From NCBI GenBank assembly GCA_009103225.1, contig RHPI01001428.1:432158-496157 (forward strand): a stretch of DNA of 64,000 bases. The letters are read 5' to 3'. The translations under genes were made by a program, and so were the position numbers. The notes under the pieces were generated by a model that had not been told where the DNA came from, searched no databases, and saw only the letters and a program-made list of their open reading frames with translations. Shown here in pieces: positions 63,601-64,000 of this stretch. The DNA comes from Chlorokybus atmophyticus (lineage: Eukaryota; Plantae; Mesostigma and Chlorokybus algae). Within the stretch, counting starts at the first letter, position 1, and the number at the start of each line of letters is the position of its first letter.

Positions 63601-63651
63601 CAAAAGATTCTTCGGGGGTACTGGAGTACGGTGTCCACACGCGAACGGTAA
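60601..63651 (+). CDS. pol: pol polyprotein: RT, RNase H, integrase (HHCC, DDE, GPY/F) and chromodomain
   Basis: RT: LRMCVDYRALN, YPLPRID, YHQIRI, PFGLTNAP, VYLDDI. RNase H: SDAS, EQELL, TDH. Integrase: H..H..CDKC, SMD, VSDRD, QTDGQTERAN, PRWIGPF. Chromodomain: YEVEAVL...YLVKWKGY...TWEP. No internal stop; the ORF opens at TTG and has no ATG until 60968. Confidence 0.97.
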   Translation: MDTGARLCTVKKGRKRVTLSVKGSHSLEHKQTDPALLSALQVKRALRKNTPAFLVHLTSSDDFVPGSTAGVADIIEKYQDIFSDELPGLPPDRGVGHTIPLIPDSEPPFRPIYRLSPNERGEMETQIKELLEKGLIKPSSSPFGAPILFVIKKNGKLRMCVDYRALNKITVKNRYPLPRIDDVFDKLSGNAYFSTLDLTSGYHQIRIHPSDVYKTAFRTPSGHYQYKVLPFGLTNAPAVFQKEMNKIFDNMLGKHVMVYLDDIIVFSKTKEEHRKHLEAVFALLRTHRLFANLPKCDFGKTELPFLGHIVSGAGVKPDPRKVQVVKDWPQPKNIHQLRSFLGLANYFRKFMMGYSTAVMPLTKLLRKDAPFSWTAAQEAAMQQVKLALTSAPVLALPNWDKRFTVVSDASTLGCGAVLLQDSRPCAYESRKFIPAEVNYTTTEQELLGIVHALETWRCYLEGVQFTVVTDHNPLVYFSTQLNLSRRQARWNEFLSRFTFEWVYRPGKTNVADPLSRCPSLLAVMRAHLLATQGTLPPNDEFVQAVLQGYILDPWFSMQGNVQQLNKRDNLYYMGACLVIPNHAGLRMKCIAEVHDPPYAGHFGGRKTTKAAQQLYWWPSLPVDVKQYVDTCDKCQRDKPLRQKPAGLLRPLPVPDGKWESVSMDLIVELPETAFGHTAVAVFVDRLTKMVHIVPCRTEIGSRELAMVFVASVFKLHGLPRNFVSDRDPRFVSQFWKSLCSFLHIQQNMSTAYHPQTDGQTERANQVIEETIRHYVSPNQSDWDIYLPMAEFAINNAWQESVQETPFFLNYGVHPLSPANIKLPATDITRVPAAREMASAMQDRLALAKDCLRAAQDRQKAHADAHRREASYDVGCSVLLSTKNISIKGVGTRKFFPRWIGPFKVIDRVGTHAYRLELPKSIRIHNVFHVSVMKPYRSDGRVQPPPPPVAVDGDDTFEYEVEAVLSHRKPRRGRAPSYLVKWKGYGVEHNTWEPERNLTNCQKILRGYWSTVSTRER

Positions 63652-63760
63652 AAGGGTGCTGGCAGACATCTTTACCGTTTCGGCCCTGGTTCTCTCACTG
63701 CTTTCGTTTCTTTACTCGTGGTGGGGCTTTGCTAACCCTTCAATGAGGACATTGAAACCT

Positions 63761-63773
63761 AAGTGGGGGGGAA
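63761..63773 (+). promoter_or_regulatory. polypurine tract
   Basis: AAGTGGGGGGGAA immediately before the 3' LTR. Confidence 0.9.
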
Positions 63774-64000
63774 TGTAACGGTGTGCTACCTCCATAGAGG
63801 TTCCCCGCCCTTATTTAGGATTAAATAAGGGTCCCAACGGGATTATACAGTCTATTAAGCCATATTAGGGCCGTTAACCTAGTGTTAAGGCCCTAATGTA
63901 GTGTTACTTAATTGTAACACTGATATCGACATGAGACATGAGTCTCATGTCGATATCAGCCGTATGGCGGCGCTGCTAACGCAGCGGCCGCCATAGCCAG
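63774..64000 (+). repeat. 3' LTR (partial, truncated by the window edge)
   Basis: Identical to 60242-60468. Confidence 0.97.

Larger units (their letters stand above)
60242..64000 (+). mobile_element. Ty3/gypsy chromovirus-type LTR retrotransposon lacking gag and protease; 3' LTR runs off the window
   Basis: 5' LTR 60242-60587 (TGTAAC...TTTACA), PBS, pol ORF, PPT, and 3' LTR from 63774 identical to the 5' LTR over all 227 visible nt. Confidence 0.97.

Overview
Eukaryotic nuclear DNA with short spliceosomal introns. Plant-like orthologues (PIR/CYFIP, 4-MATH TRAF-like protein, cytosolic GPDH, ABCB) suggest a green alga, probably a streptophyte; this is inference. There are four N-gaps flanked by C/G homopolymers. 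I manually spliced nine host genes: a 5'-truncated DnaJ-type Zn-finger protein, EBP1/PA2G4, a 4-MATH coiled-coil protein, a signal peptide-GH16-X8-TM glucanase, PEPC, PIR121/CYFIP, an uncharacterised ~276-aa protein, GPDH, DDAH and a full-size ABCB transporter (Zn-finger gene least certain). The right end (55-64 kb) is a transposon nest. It holds the 3' end of an older minus-strand Ty3/gypsy relative, a spliced DUF6589/Academ-like putative transposase, and a young chromovirus inserted into an intron of that transposase. Best novelty candidates: (1) a 10-exon, 1180-aa PEPC with a plastid-like transit peptide and a GlnD/ACR-type ACT domain fused to a bacterial-type (RNTG) core; (2) an LTR made almost entirely of back-to-back hairpins, on a gag-less, protease-less element with an uninterrupted pol, plus a covarying AGGA-loop hairpin before the PPT in two different elements; (3) the receptor-like GH16-X8-TM protein; (4) the bacterial-looking unknown protein and a transit-peptide-bearing DDAH. 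All family assignments come from motif recognition by eye; no database search was run.
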